A DNA stretch of 35,830 nt. Origin: Deferrisomatales bacterium. Its GTDB lineage: Bacteria; Desulfobacterota; Deferrisomatia; Deferrisomatales; JACRMM01. Location: assembly GCA_033551855.1 (NCBI GenBank), contig JAWSUI010000038.1:1-35830 (forward strand). Reading direction: 5' to 3'. The position numbers and the translations under genes are program-made. The notes beneath the pieces were generated by a model that ran no database searches, was not told where the DNA came from, and worked only from the letters and a program-made list of their open reading frames with translations. Shown here piece after piece: positions 1 to 8,013 of this stretch; positions within the stretch are counted from its first letter, which is position 1, and each line of letters opens with the position of its first letter.

Positions 1-839
1 GGGCGGGGGGCGGCGGCCCAGGCCCGCACGGCCTCTTCGAGAACCGCGGCCGCCTGGGCGGCGCCCTCCCCGGAGCGCCGGACCACCTCCCGGTGGTCCA
101 GTGCCCCGGCCCCCAGCCCGGCCGCCGGGTTCACCACCAGGCCCAGGGCCACGACGTCGAGCCCCAGGAAGCGGGCCCACACGGCCTCGGGCACCGTGGA
201 CATGCCCACCGTGGCGGCCCCCAGGAGCCGCGCCATGCGCACCTCTGCCGGGGTCTCGTAGGTGGGGCCGGCAAAGGCGGCGAGCACGCCCCGGGAAAGA
301 GGTATGCCCCGGGGGCGCAGGCGCTCGGCCAGGGCCTCGAAGAGGTCCGCCCGGTAGGTGCGGGTGAGGTCCACGAAGGCCGGTCCCGCGTCGGTGCGGA
401 CGCCTTCCAGGGGGTTGCAGCCGGTGAGGTTCAGGTGGTCCTCCACCAGCACCCAGGTACCCACGACCGCTTCCTCCGCCACTCCCCCCACGGCGGAGAG
501 CAGCACTGCCAGCCGGGCCCCCAGGAGCGCCCCCAGGCGCACCGGGAAGGCCGCCCCGGCCGGGGTCACGCCCTCATAGAGGTGGCGCCGCCCCAGGAAC
601 AGGGCCGTTGCCCGGCCGCCGACCGCGCACCGGCGCAGCCGTCCCGGATGCCCCGGCACGGTGCATGCGCCCAGCCCCGGGACGGCCTCGAAGGGCACCG
701 TGGGGCCGGGGGGGTTGCCCAGGAGGGCCCCCGCCAGGCCGGACCCCAGAACGGCCGCCACCTCCACCCCCTCCCAGGCCGACCCCAGGCGGCGCCGGGC
801 CTCCCGGGCCTCCGGGTCCGCCCAGCCCTCGGGGTTCAC
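1..839 (-). CDS. punA: Purine nucleoside phosphorylase (3' end runs off the window)
   Basis: Not in the ORF track because there is no stop in the window. Hand translation from GTG 839 gives VLGSGL, TVPGHPGRL, GRRHLYEG, GPTYETPAE and VGMSTVPE, the trimeric PNP motifs. GTGA overlap with the upstream stop. Confidence 0.9.
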   Translation of the reverse strand, partial: MNPEGWADPEAREARRRLGSAWEGVEVAAVLGSGLAGALLGNPPGPTVPFEAVPGLGACTVPGHPGRLRRCAVGGRATALFLGRRHLYEGVTPAGAAFPVRLGALLGARLAVLLSAVGGVAEEAVVGTWVLVEDHLNLTGCNPLEGVRTDAGPAFVDLTRTYRADLFEALAERLRPRGIPLSRGVLAAFAGPTYETPAEVRMARLLGAATVGMSTVPEAVWARFLGLDVVALGLVVNPAAGLGAGALDHREVVRRSGEGAAQAAAVLEEAVRAWAAAPR

Positions 840-1689
840 GGCCGCAACCCCTCCAGATCCGCGGGGAAGGACAGGTTCATCACCGCCCCGGGCGGCCCGG
901 GCACCTTGAGGGCCTCGCCGTTCCAGGTGAAGCGCACGGCGCCGGCGCTGCCCAGGCGCAGGGCAACACCCTCGCGCGCCTCCACGACCACCCGCTCCCC
1001 CGGCTCCAAGAGGCGCTCTTGGGGGCGGCCCCCGTCGGCCGTGATGCGCAGCCACACCTTCTCCACGGCCAGGATCTCGAGGCGGCTCACCTCCGGGACC
1101 CCCCGGTCGTCGGGTGCCGCCTCGGGTGACGGCGCGGCAGCGGGGGGCGGCTCGACGGCGGGCTGGACCTCCGGCTCCGGGGCTCCGGCTGGCTCTGCGG
1201 GAGCTCTCCGGACGGTGCCGGGGCCGCGGGGATCGGCCGGGGCAGAACCGCCTCCGGAGCCTCCACGCCGGGGACGGGCGCAGGGCGCTCCACGCTCCAT
1301 GGACTCCAGACCCAGATCCCGAGGGCGGCGCCCACCAGGAGCAGCGTGGCGATCAGCACGGGGCCCGGCCCCCGCTCCCGCCGGAGCTCGGGTGCCCACT
1401 GGCCCTGGGGGATCACCAGGGGGGCGGGGCCCTCCACCTCCCCCCGCGCCCGCCGGTAGCGCTCCAGAAGCTCCTCGGCCGGCAGGCCCAGGTCCTTTGC
1501 GACCAGGCGGACGAAGCCCCTCCCGATGACACCCCTCGGCAGGGAGTCCCACCGCTCCTCCTCCAGGGCCTCCAAGTGGCGCAGCGGCACCCGGGTGGTC
1601 TCCGCCAGGTCCTGGCGGCTGAGGCCCGCCTCCTCCCGGGCCGCCCGCAGGGCCTCCCCGAAGCCGGTATCGCGGCTCTCACCCCCCAC
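836..1689 (-). pseudogene. rodZ: RodZ-like HTH-TM-DUF4115 protein split by a 1-nt frameshift (pseudogene or sequencing error)
   Basis: ORF 1087..1689 has the HTH (GEALRAAREEAGLS...LEALEEERWDSLP...RGFVR) and a TM helix. ORF 836..1552 has the C-terminal domain (WLRITADG...LRLGSAGAVRFTWNG) in another frame. The switch lies in the Pro-rich linker, near the G4 run at 1179-1182. Confidence 0.8.
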
Positions 1690-1692
1690 GGC

Positions 1693-2424
1693 TCACCCCG
1701 GCCCCAGGAGATCGAGGTAGGTCTTGGCGGCCTGCCCCACGTCACCGCCGGGGGCCAAGCGCCAAGCCCGGTCGAAGGACTCGCGGGCGGCGGCACGGTC
1801 CCCCAGGCGCAGCAGGCTCACTCCCCGCTTGAGGTGGGTGTCGGCGTCGTCGGGGAGGGCACGGAGGGCTCGATCGAATTCCGCCACGGCCGACCCGTGG
1901 TCGCCCCGGTCCTGGAGGAGCTCCCCTAGGAACTTGTGGGCCAGGGGGAAGCCGGGCGCGACCTCGACGGCCTCCCGGAGGCGGCGCTCGGCCTCGGCGG
2001 TCCGGCCCACCCTGGCGAGAGACCGACCCAGGTTGGCGAGGGCGCGCTCCTGGGTGGCATAGAAGACGTTCTTGAGCGCGGCCTCGAACGCCGGGATCGC
2101 CGCCTCGTAGCGCCCCTGGTCCATGTACAGCGCGCCCAGATCGTTCCAGGCCTCCGAATAGTCGGGCTTGAGGTCCACCGCGCGCCGAAACTTCTCCTCC
2201 GCCAGGGAGTGCTCCCGGCGCAGCCAGTAGGTGGCCCCCAGGTAGTACTGGATCTTGGGGTCCTCGGGCTCCAAGCTCTCCGCCTTGGTGAACTCCCGGA
2301 GCGCAGGCGCCGGGCGCCCCTCGGAGAGGAACGCCATCCCGAGCTGGAACGAGGACTGGGCCTCCCGCTGCCTCGCCTCCTTGTCGGCGGCGCACCCGGC
2401 CCCGAGGAAGGCGAGCAGGACCAA
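1693..2424 (-). CDS. TPR lipoprotein, type IV pilus pilotin PilF/PilW-like
   Basis: Lipobox-like LGAGC followed by TPR repeats (YSEAWNDLGALY, YATQERALANLG). Sits upstream of rodZ. Start uncertain: TTG 2424 chosen, but the frame is open to 2553. Confidence 0.75.
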   Translation of the reverse strand: MVLLAFLGAGCAADKEARQREAQSSFQLGMAFLSEGRPAPALREFTKAESLEPEDPKIQYYLGATYWLRREHSLAEEKFRRAVDLKPDYSEAWNDLGALYMDQGRYEAAIPAFEAALKNVFYATQERALANLGRSLARVGRTAEAERRLREAVEVAPGFPLAHKFLGELLQDRGDHGSAVAEFDRALRALPDDADTHLKRGVSLLRLGDRAAARESFDRAWRLAPGGDVGQAAKTYLDLLGPG

Positions 2425-2436
2425 CAGGGAAAGGGT

Positions 2437-2464
2437 TTGACACCCCCGAGCCGCCCGGTATAGT
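2437..2464 (+). promoter_or_regulatory. Sigma70-type promoter for the response regulator
   Basis: TTGACA-N16-TATAGT, followed by GGAGGAGG RBS before ATG 2516. Confidence 0.65.
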
Positions 2465-2515
2465 GCCCCGCCGACCCATGCCGCCCAACGAGAGGGGGAG
2501 GAGGTCGCCCGGGCC

Positions 2516-2890
2516 ATGGCCCACATCTTGTTCATCGACGACGACGAGAGCATACGTTTCCTCGTTCAGGAAGAGCTCACTCTGGAAGGCCACCGGGTCC
2601 GCGTGGCGGACGACGGCTGGGACGGCCTCCGGGCAGTGGAAGAAGCCTGCCCCGATGTGGTGGTGGTGGACATCAAGATGCCCGGAATAGGGGGCCTCGA
2701 GGTGCTTCGCCGCCTCAAGGAGACCCACCCCCAGATCCCGGTCTTCCTGTTCACCGCCTACAACGACTACCGGGCGGAGGCCATCCAACTCGGCGCAGAC
2801 GGCTACTTCATCAAGTCCCCGGACATGTCCCGCCTCAAAAACGCCATCTTCGGCGTCACCGGCGGTGCCTCTCCATCCTTCGCGTCCTGA
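2516..2890 (+). CDS. Single-domain (CheY-like) response regulator
   Basis: ILFIDDD, VVVVDIKMPG (phospho-Asp), FTAY and conserved K; no output domain. Confidence 0.92.
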   Translation: MAHILFIDDDESIRFLVQEELTLEGHRVRVADDGWDGLRAVEEACPDVVVVDIKMPGIGGLEVLRRLKETHPQIPVFLFTAYNDYRAEAIQLGADGYFIKSPDMSRLKNAIFGVTGGASPSFAS

Positions 2891-2902
2891 GGGCCCGGCA
2901 CG

Positions 2903-3820
2903 TCAGACCTCGCTCTCGAAGTGGGTCAGCCCCTTGAACTCCCGGAACCGGGCCGCGACCTCGGGGTAGGTCAGGCGCTCCAGGCGCCGGAAGCTGAAGT
3001 CCTCCACGTTGAAGCTCGCCAGGGCGGAGCCGAAGACCACGGCCCGGCGCACGTTCTCCGGTTCGGTGTTGCCGGTGCTCGCCAGGTACCCCAAGAGCCC
3101 CCCGGCAAAAGAGTCCCCCGCCCCGGTGGGGTCGTAGACTGCCTCCAGGGGGTAGGCGGGCGCGGCAAAGACGTGGCCGTCGCAGAAGTAGAGGGCGCCG
3201 TATTCCCCTCTCTTGACGACCACACCCTTCGGTCCCCAGGACCGGATCTTCTGGGCCGCGCGCACCAGGTTCGGCTCGTCGGCCAGCATCCGGGCCTCGG
3301 CCTCGTTGAGGAGGAGCAGATCGACCCGCCCCAGGGCCCGGAGGAGGCTGCGCCGCTTCCCCTCGATCCAGAAGTTCATGGTGTCGAGGGCCACGTAGTC
3401 GGGCTGGGTCACCTGATCGAGCACCCGGGTCTGGAGGTCCGGATCGATGTTGGCCAGGAAGACGAAGGGCGCCCGCCGGTGGGCTTCGGGGAGCACCGGA
3501 TCGAACCCCTCGAAGACGTTCAGGTGGGTCTCCAGGCTCTGGGCTTCGTTGAGGTCGAACCCGTAGCGCCCCTTCCACCGGAAGGTGCGGCCCGGGACCG
3601 TGAAGAGGGCCGAGAGGTCCACCTCCCGCTCCTCGAGGAACCCCAGGCTTTCCCGCGGGAAGTCCTCCCCCACCACAGCCACCAGCCTCACCCGGGCGAA
3701 CAGGCTCGCCGCCGAAGTGAAGTGCAGAGCCGAGCCCCCTAGCGCCGCGTCGTCGCGACCGAAGGGCGTCTCCACCGAGTCGATGGCCACCGACCCGACC
3801 ACCAGGACCTCGCCGTTCAC
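2903..3820 (-). CDS. PfkB family carbohydrate/nucleoside kinase
   Basis: GSVAIDSVETP, LGGSA, DPTGAGDSFAGG signature. GTG 3820 overlaps the mtnP stop. Confidence 0.92.
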   Translation of the reverse strand: MNGEVLVVGSVAIDSVETPFGRDDAALGGSALHFTSAASLFARVRLVAVVGEDFPRESLGFLEEREVDLSALFTVPGRTFRWKGRYGFDLNEAQSLETHLNVFEGFDPVLPEAHRRAPFVFLANIDPDLQTRVLDQVTQPDYVALDTMNFWIEGKRRSLLRALGRVDLLLLNEAEARMLADEPNLVRAAQKIRSWGPKGVVVKRGEYGALYFCDGHVFAAPAYPLEAVYDPTGAGDSFAGGLLGYLASTGNTEPENVRRAVVFGSALASFNVEDFSFRRLERLTYPEVAARFREFKGLTHFESEV

Positions 3821-4689
3821 GTGCCCTGCCCTCCCAGGTACTTGCCGTAGAACAGGTCCACGGCCCGCCGGGTCTCGGGCGGCACCTGCTCCGGCGCCGT
3901 GAGGATGGCGTAGCGGGCCGCCTCGGCGCACGCGCAGGAGCGCTCTGCCGGGAGGCTCGCCGCGGCCTCCCGGATGATGCGCTTGGCGGTCTCGACGTTG
4001 TGGCGGAGCACCGAGAGCACCGCCTCCACGGTGACCTCCTCCTCGGTCTCGTGCCAGCAGTCGTAGTCCGTCACCAGGGCCACCGTCACGTAACACAGCT
4101 CGGCCTCGCGGGCCAGGCGGGCCTCGGTGGCGTTGGTCATGCCGATCACCCGGGCGCCCCAGCCCCGGTACAGGAACGACTCGGCGCGGGTGGAGAACTG
4201 GGGCCCCTGGATGCACAGGTAGGCTCCGCCCCGGTGGAAGGGCACACCCACCGCCTCGCGGGTGTCCCAGACCACCGACTGGAGGGCCCCGCAGACCGGA
4301 TCCGCCAGGCCCACGTGCCCCACGAGGCCGTTGCCGAAGAAGGTGGAGGGCCTGCCCCAGGTGCGGTCGATGAACTGGTCCGGGAGAACGATCTCCCCAG
4401 GGCGGGCTTCCTCCTCGAGGCTCCCCACAGCCGAGACCGAGATGACCCACTCGGCCCCCAGGGACTTCAGGGCCCAGATGTTCGCTCGATAGGGCACCTC
4501 GGAGGGGAGAAAACGGTGCCCTCGCCCGTGGCGGGGCAGGAAGACGAGCCGCCGCCCGGCGTAGCGCCCTTCCACGAGGGCGTCGGAGGGGGCGCCGAAC
4601 GGGGTGGACACCTCCACCTCCCGCACCTCCTCGAGCCCCTCCATCTCGTAAAGCCCGCTCCCCCCGATGACCCCGATGGCACTTTGCAT
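3817..4689 (-). CDS. mtnP: S-methyl-5'-thioadenosine phosphorylase
   Basis: IGVIGGSGLY, RHGRGH, YRANIWAL, GPQFSTRAES, GMT, VTDYDCWH. Confidence 0.95.
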   Translation of the reverse strand: MQSAIGVIGGSGLYEMEGLEEVREVEVSTPFGAPSDALVEGRYAGRRLVFLPRHGRGHRFLPSEVPYRANIWALKSLGAEWVISVSAVGSLEEEARPGEIVLPDQFIDRTWGRPSTFFGNGLVGHVGLADPVCGALQSVVWDTREAVGVPFHRGGAYLCIQGPQFSTRAESFLYRGWGARVIGMTNATEARLAREAELCYVTVALVTDYDCWHETEEEVTVEAVLSVLRHNVETAKRIIREAAASLPAERSCACAEAARYAILTAPEQVPPETRRAVDLFYGKYLGGQGT

Positions 4690-4690
4690 G

Positions 4691-4718
4691 TCCGTTGTCC
4701 GTGGTCCGTGGTCAGTGG
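4691..4718. repeat. Heptamer tandem repeat (TCCGTTG TCCGTGG TCCGTGG TCAGTGG)
   Basis: Four 7-bp units fill the entire rlmN-mtnP spacer and include the rlmN stop codon. Confidence 0.8.
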
Positions 4719-5764
4719 GGGACCGCCGCCCGATGGGCTGCATCTGCGCGCAGTTGGCCGCAGGCGGCCAGGATATCCTGTCCGCGGCTGCGGCGCACCA
4801 CGGCGGTGAGCCCCTTGGAGAGGAGCACCTTCTGAAACGCCTCCACGGACCCCGGGTCGGGGGAACGGAAGCCGCTTTCCCCGTGGGGGTTGTAGGCGAT
4901 CAGGTTGACCTTGCACCGCAGGCTCGACAGCAGCCTCACCAAGCGTCCGGCGTCCTCGGGCGTGTCGTTCACCCCCCCCAAGAGCACGTACTCCACCGTG
5001 TAACGCGCACGGGCCGGCAGGGACAGCTCCTGCAGCGCCCCGAGAAGCTCGGCGAGGGGGTGGCGCCGGTTGACGGGCATGAGCCGGTCGCGCACCTCGT
5101 CGGTCGTGGCGTTGAGCGAGACCGCCAGGCTCCCGAGGACGTCCGGGGGGAGGCGGCGCAGCGCCGGCACCAGGCCGCAGGTGGAGACCGTGACCCGCCG
5201 TTTCGTGATGTTGAGGCCGTGGTCCGAGGTGAGCACACGGAACGCGGCCAGCACCGCCTCGAGGTTGTGGAGGGGCTCCCCCATGCCCATGAACACCACG
5301 TTCGTGACCCGCTCCCCCGGACCGGCCAGGCCGTGGCCCAGCACCACCTGTCCCACGATCTCCGCGGCCGTGAGGTTCCGCACCAGCCCACCGGTGCCGG
5401 TCCGGCAGAAGGCGCAGCCCATGGCGCACCCGACCTGGGACGAGACGCACTGGGTGAGGCGCTCCCCGTCGGGGATGAGCACCGTCTCGATCCGCTCCCC
5501 GTCCTCCAGGTCCAGCAGGAGCTTGCGCGTGCCGTCGGCGCTGCGCCGCTCCTCCACGACACGAGGCAGCAACAGGGAGGCCCGGCCCCGAAGCTTCGCC
5601 CGGGCCTCCCGGGAAAGGTCGGTCATGGCCTCCACGTCGAGCACGCCGCGCTTGTACACCCACTGCATCAACTGACGGGCTCGGAAGGGCCGCTCACCGA
5701 CGCCCTCGAGGAACGCCTCGAGGGCTGGGAGGTCGAGGCCGAGCAGGTTCACCGCTGCTTCCAT
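4712..5764 (-). CDS. rlmN: 23S rRNA/tRNA adenine C2 methyltransferase (radical SAM)
   Basis: CVSSQVGCAMGCAFC, FMGMGEP, SLNA, EYVLL, DILAACGQL. True start is ATG 5764, not 7018. Confidence 0.96.
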   Translation of the reverse strand: MEAAVNLLGLDLPALEAFLEGVGERPFRARQLMQWVYKRGVLDVEAMTDLSREARAKLRGRASLLLPRVVEERRSADGTRKLLLDLEDGERIETVLIPDGERLTQCVSSQVGCAMGCAFCRTGTGGLVRNLTAAEIVGQVVLGHGLAGPGERVTNVVFMGMGEPLHNLEAVLAAFRVLTSDHGLNITKRRVTVSTCGLVPALRRLPPDVLGSLAVSLNATTDEVRDRLMPVNRRHPLAELLGALQELSLPARARYTVEYVLLGGVNDTPEDAGRLVRLLSSLRCKVNLIAYNPHGESGFRSPDPGSVEAFQKVLLSKGLTAVVRRSRGQDILAACGQLRADAAHRAAVPH

Positions 5765-5797
5765 GGACACCCGGATGACGGGGAGGCGCAAGAGAGC

Positions 5798-5827
5798 TTT
5801 ATAACGCGGCCCTTCGCGGCCCGTCAA
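5798..5827 (-). promoter_or_regulatory. Candidate sigma70 promoter for the rlmN operon
   Basis: Minus strand TTGACG-N18-TATAAA about 35 nt upstream of the ATG. Confidence 0.5.
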
Positions 5828-5831
5828 CGAA

Positions 5832-6054
5832 GGGGGCGACCCGGAATCCACCACCGCATTGTGGGGCGGAGTCCGGGAGCCCAGGAGTTCAGCCCCCGCA
5901 CCGCGTCCAACGAGTCGACGAGGCCGGTGCAACCGGGTGAAGCCCGGCGCACCGGGACTGCGGGGACACTTCTTCGAATGACTGCGGATTGCGGGGCGAA
6001 ACGCAGGGGCTCCCGGACTCCACTCGCTGACCAGCCGTGAATCCAGGCGCCCCC
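5832..6054. repeat. ~220-bp nested inverted-repeat element (MITE-like or structured RNA)
   Basis: Perfect 15-bp IR GGAGTCCGGGAGCCC (5868-5882)/GGGCTCCCGGACTCC (6007-6021). Inner stems CCCCGCA/TGCGGGG and CCGGTGC..CCGGG/CCCGG..GCACCGG. Imperfect outer IR GGGGGCGACCCGGAATCCAC/GTGAATCCAGGCGCCCCC. Confidence 0.6.
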
Positions 6055-6109
6055 AATTCTCCCGCCTCGTCGGCGGGCGGGGGCGAGGCGCCCGCCGACC
6101 CCGGCGTCT

Positions 6110-6139
6110 TTGACACCCCCGAGAGGCGGTGACTATACT
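6110..6139 (+). promoter_or_regulatory. Sigma70-type promoter, probably giving a leaderless mRNA
   Basis: TTGACA-N18-TATACT; the ATG follows after 6 nt with no SD. Confidence 0.6.
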
Positions 6140-6145
6140 CGCTCC

Positions 6146-7123
6146 ATGGCCCGAGCGGTGCGCCCGACGATCCTCTTCCTGGCAGCCCTCGCCCTGGCGG
6201 TCCTGGCGCCCGAGGCGGCGTGGGCGTGGGGCCCTGCAACCCACCTGGAGCTCGGCACCGTGGTGCTGGCCAACCTGGGGGCGCTGCCCCCCGCCCTCCA
6301 GGAGCCCCTGCGGTCCCATCCCCTGTGCTTCCTGTACGGGAACATCGCCGCCGACATCGTCGTGGCCAAGCGTTTCACCCACTACCTGCGCCACTGCCAC
6401 CGCTGGACCGTGGGGCTCGAGGTGCTGGGGCGAACGTCGCGCCCCTCGGAGGCTGCCTTCGCGTGGGGCTACCTGGCCCACCTGGCCGCCGACGTGGTGG
6501 CGCACAACTATTTCGTCCCGTACAAGACGATCCTGAGCTTCAACACCCGCGCCCTGAATCACGCCTACTGGGAGGTGCGGTTCGACACCTACGCCCCGGA
6601 CGAGGTCTGGCGGGTGCCGTACCAGATCAGCCGGGAGATGCACACCCGCAACGATGAGATCCTCAAGGCCGTGCTCTCGCGCACCCTGCTCTCCTTCCAG
6701 ACCAACAAGGTGCTCTTCAACAGCGTCGTGCTCATGGGACGGTTCCGGAAGTGGCACGACATCATCCGGCAAGCCCTGGCCCAGTCCACCGTGACCCTCG
6801 ACCCGGCGCGGGTGCGGCGGTACAAAGACCTGTCCCTGGAGGCGATCCTGGCCTTCCTCTCGAACCGGGAGGACGCCTGGTGCTTCCGGGCCGACCCCAC
6901 GGGGAGCCAGAGCCTCAAGGCCGCCGGGATCATCCGCAGCCACCTGCGGCGCCTCTACCGGCGGGGACACCTCTCCCGGGAGGCATTCCTCGACATCCTG
7001 GAGCGGTACCGACCCCACCTGGAGGCGAGCATCTACGCCGAGCCGAGCTCCCAGGAATTGGTGGAGTCCGCCCTCGCGCTGCTCGAAGCCCCGCCGCCGG
7101 CACCCCAGGGTGCCGCGGCCTGA
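6146..7123 (+). CDS. Zinc-dependent phospholipase C family protein (secreted)
   Basis: Signal peptide ending AWA, then WGPATH (N-terminal Trp/His Zn ligands), GNIAAD, GYLAHLAADVVAH and NHAYWE. Confidence 0.85.
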   Translation: MARAVRPTILFLAALALAVLAPEAAWAWGPATHLELGTVVLANLGALPPALQEPLRSHPLCFLYGNIAADIVVAKRFTHYLRHCHRWTVGLEVLGRTSRPSEAAFAWGYLAHLAADVVAHNYFVPYKTILSFNTRALNHAYWEVRFDTYAPDEVWRVPYQISREMHTRNDEILKAVLSRTLLSFQTNKVLFNSVVLMGRFRKWHDIIRQALAQSTVTLDPARVRRYKDLSLEAILAFLSNREDAWCFRADPTGSQSLKAAGIIRSHLRRLYRRGHLSREAFLDILERYRPHLEASIYAEPSSQELVESALALLEAPPPAPQGAAA

Positions 7124-7153
7124 ATCGCCGCCTCTGGGGAGCGGGCCCGGCGG

Positions 7154-7855
7154 TCAGCCGTCGGGACCCCGGGGCGGCCGGGGCCGCGCACCCAGCCGAC
7201 GGCCGGCCTCCCGCCACAGGGCCAGGGCGGAGGAGGCCCCCAGCCGGTCCGCCCCCGCCGCGAGCAGCGCTTCGGCCTGCTCGAAGGTGCGGATCCCCCC
7301 CGATGCCTTGACGCCGCAGCGCCGGCCCGCCACCTGGCGCAGCAGCCTCACGTCCGGGATCCGTGCCCCCGGCGGGCCGAAGCCGGTGGAAGTCTTCAGG
7401 TAGTCGGCCCCGGCGCCGAGGGCCAGGGCGGCCGCCTCACGGGTCTGGGAGGGGGTGAGCGCCCCGGTCTCGAGAATGACCTTCAGCACCCCGTTGGCCG
7501 CCGCCCGGCGCGCGTCGCGCAGCTCGGCGGAGACCGGGGACAAACGCCCCTCGAGGAACAGGCCCAGGTTGAAGACGAGGTCCACCTCGTGGGCCCCTGA
7601 GAGGAAGAGCTCCTCCACCTCGGCCACCTTGACCCGGGAGATCTGGCTCCCCAGGGGAAAGCCTGCCACCCCCACCACCCGCACCGCGGTGCCCGCCAGG
7701 TGGGCCGCTGCCTCCGCCACGCGACACGGGGCGACACACACCCCGGCGAAGCCGGCTGAGACGGCCTCGCGGCACAGGGCCTCCACCTCCGGGGCCCGGG
7801 CCGTCGGGGCGAGGAGGGTGGACTCGATGGTCTGGGAGAACTCCTGGAGCGTCAT
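7154..7855 (-). CDS. deoC: Deoxyribose-phosphate aldolase
   Basis: GFPLG, LKVILET, KTSTGF (Schiff-base Lys), VKASGGIR, RLGASS. Confidence 0.92.
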   Translation of the reverse strand: MTLQEFSQTIESTLLAPTARAPEVEALCREAVSAGFAGVCVAPCRVAEAAAHLAGTAVRVVGVAGFPLGSQISRVKVAEVEELFLSGAHEVDLVFNLGLFLEGRLSPVSAELRDARRAAANGVLKVILETGALTPSQTREAAALALGAGADYLKTSTGFGPPGARIPDVRLLRQVAGRRCGVKASGGIRTFEQAEALLAAGADRLGASSALALWREAGRRLGARPRPPRGPDG

Positions 7856-8013
7856 GGCCGCCGTCCGGCGTGGGGAGACGGGCGCCGCCCCGCCCGTTCC
7901 CTCGTCTCGGGGCCCTGAAGACGGGCTCCCTTGGGGGAGCCAACCTACCATCCCCCGGAACTTGCCCTCAAGCAGGTTTCCGCCGCTCCCCCCTTCGGGG
8001 TATCCTCGCCCCC

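Noticed and set aside
5765..7018. 768-aa version of RlmN
   Set aside because: The extension is antisense to the phospholipase C gene and crosses promoters. RlmN homology starts at ATG 5764.
7154..7855. DeoC with IESTLL in place of IDHTLL as a possible new aldolase
   Set aside because: The catalytic lysines and phosphate-binding motifs are intact, so there is too little evidence for a changed function.
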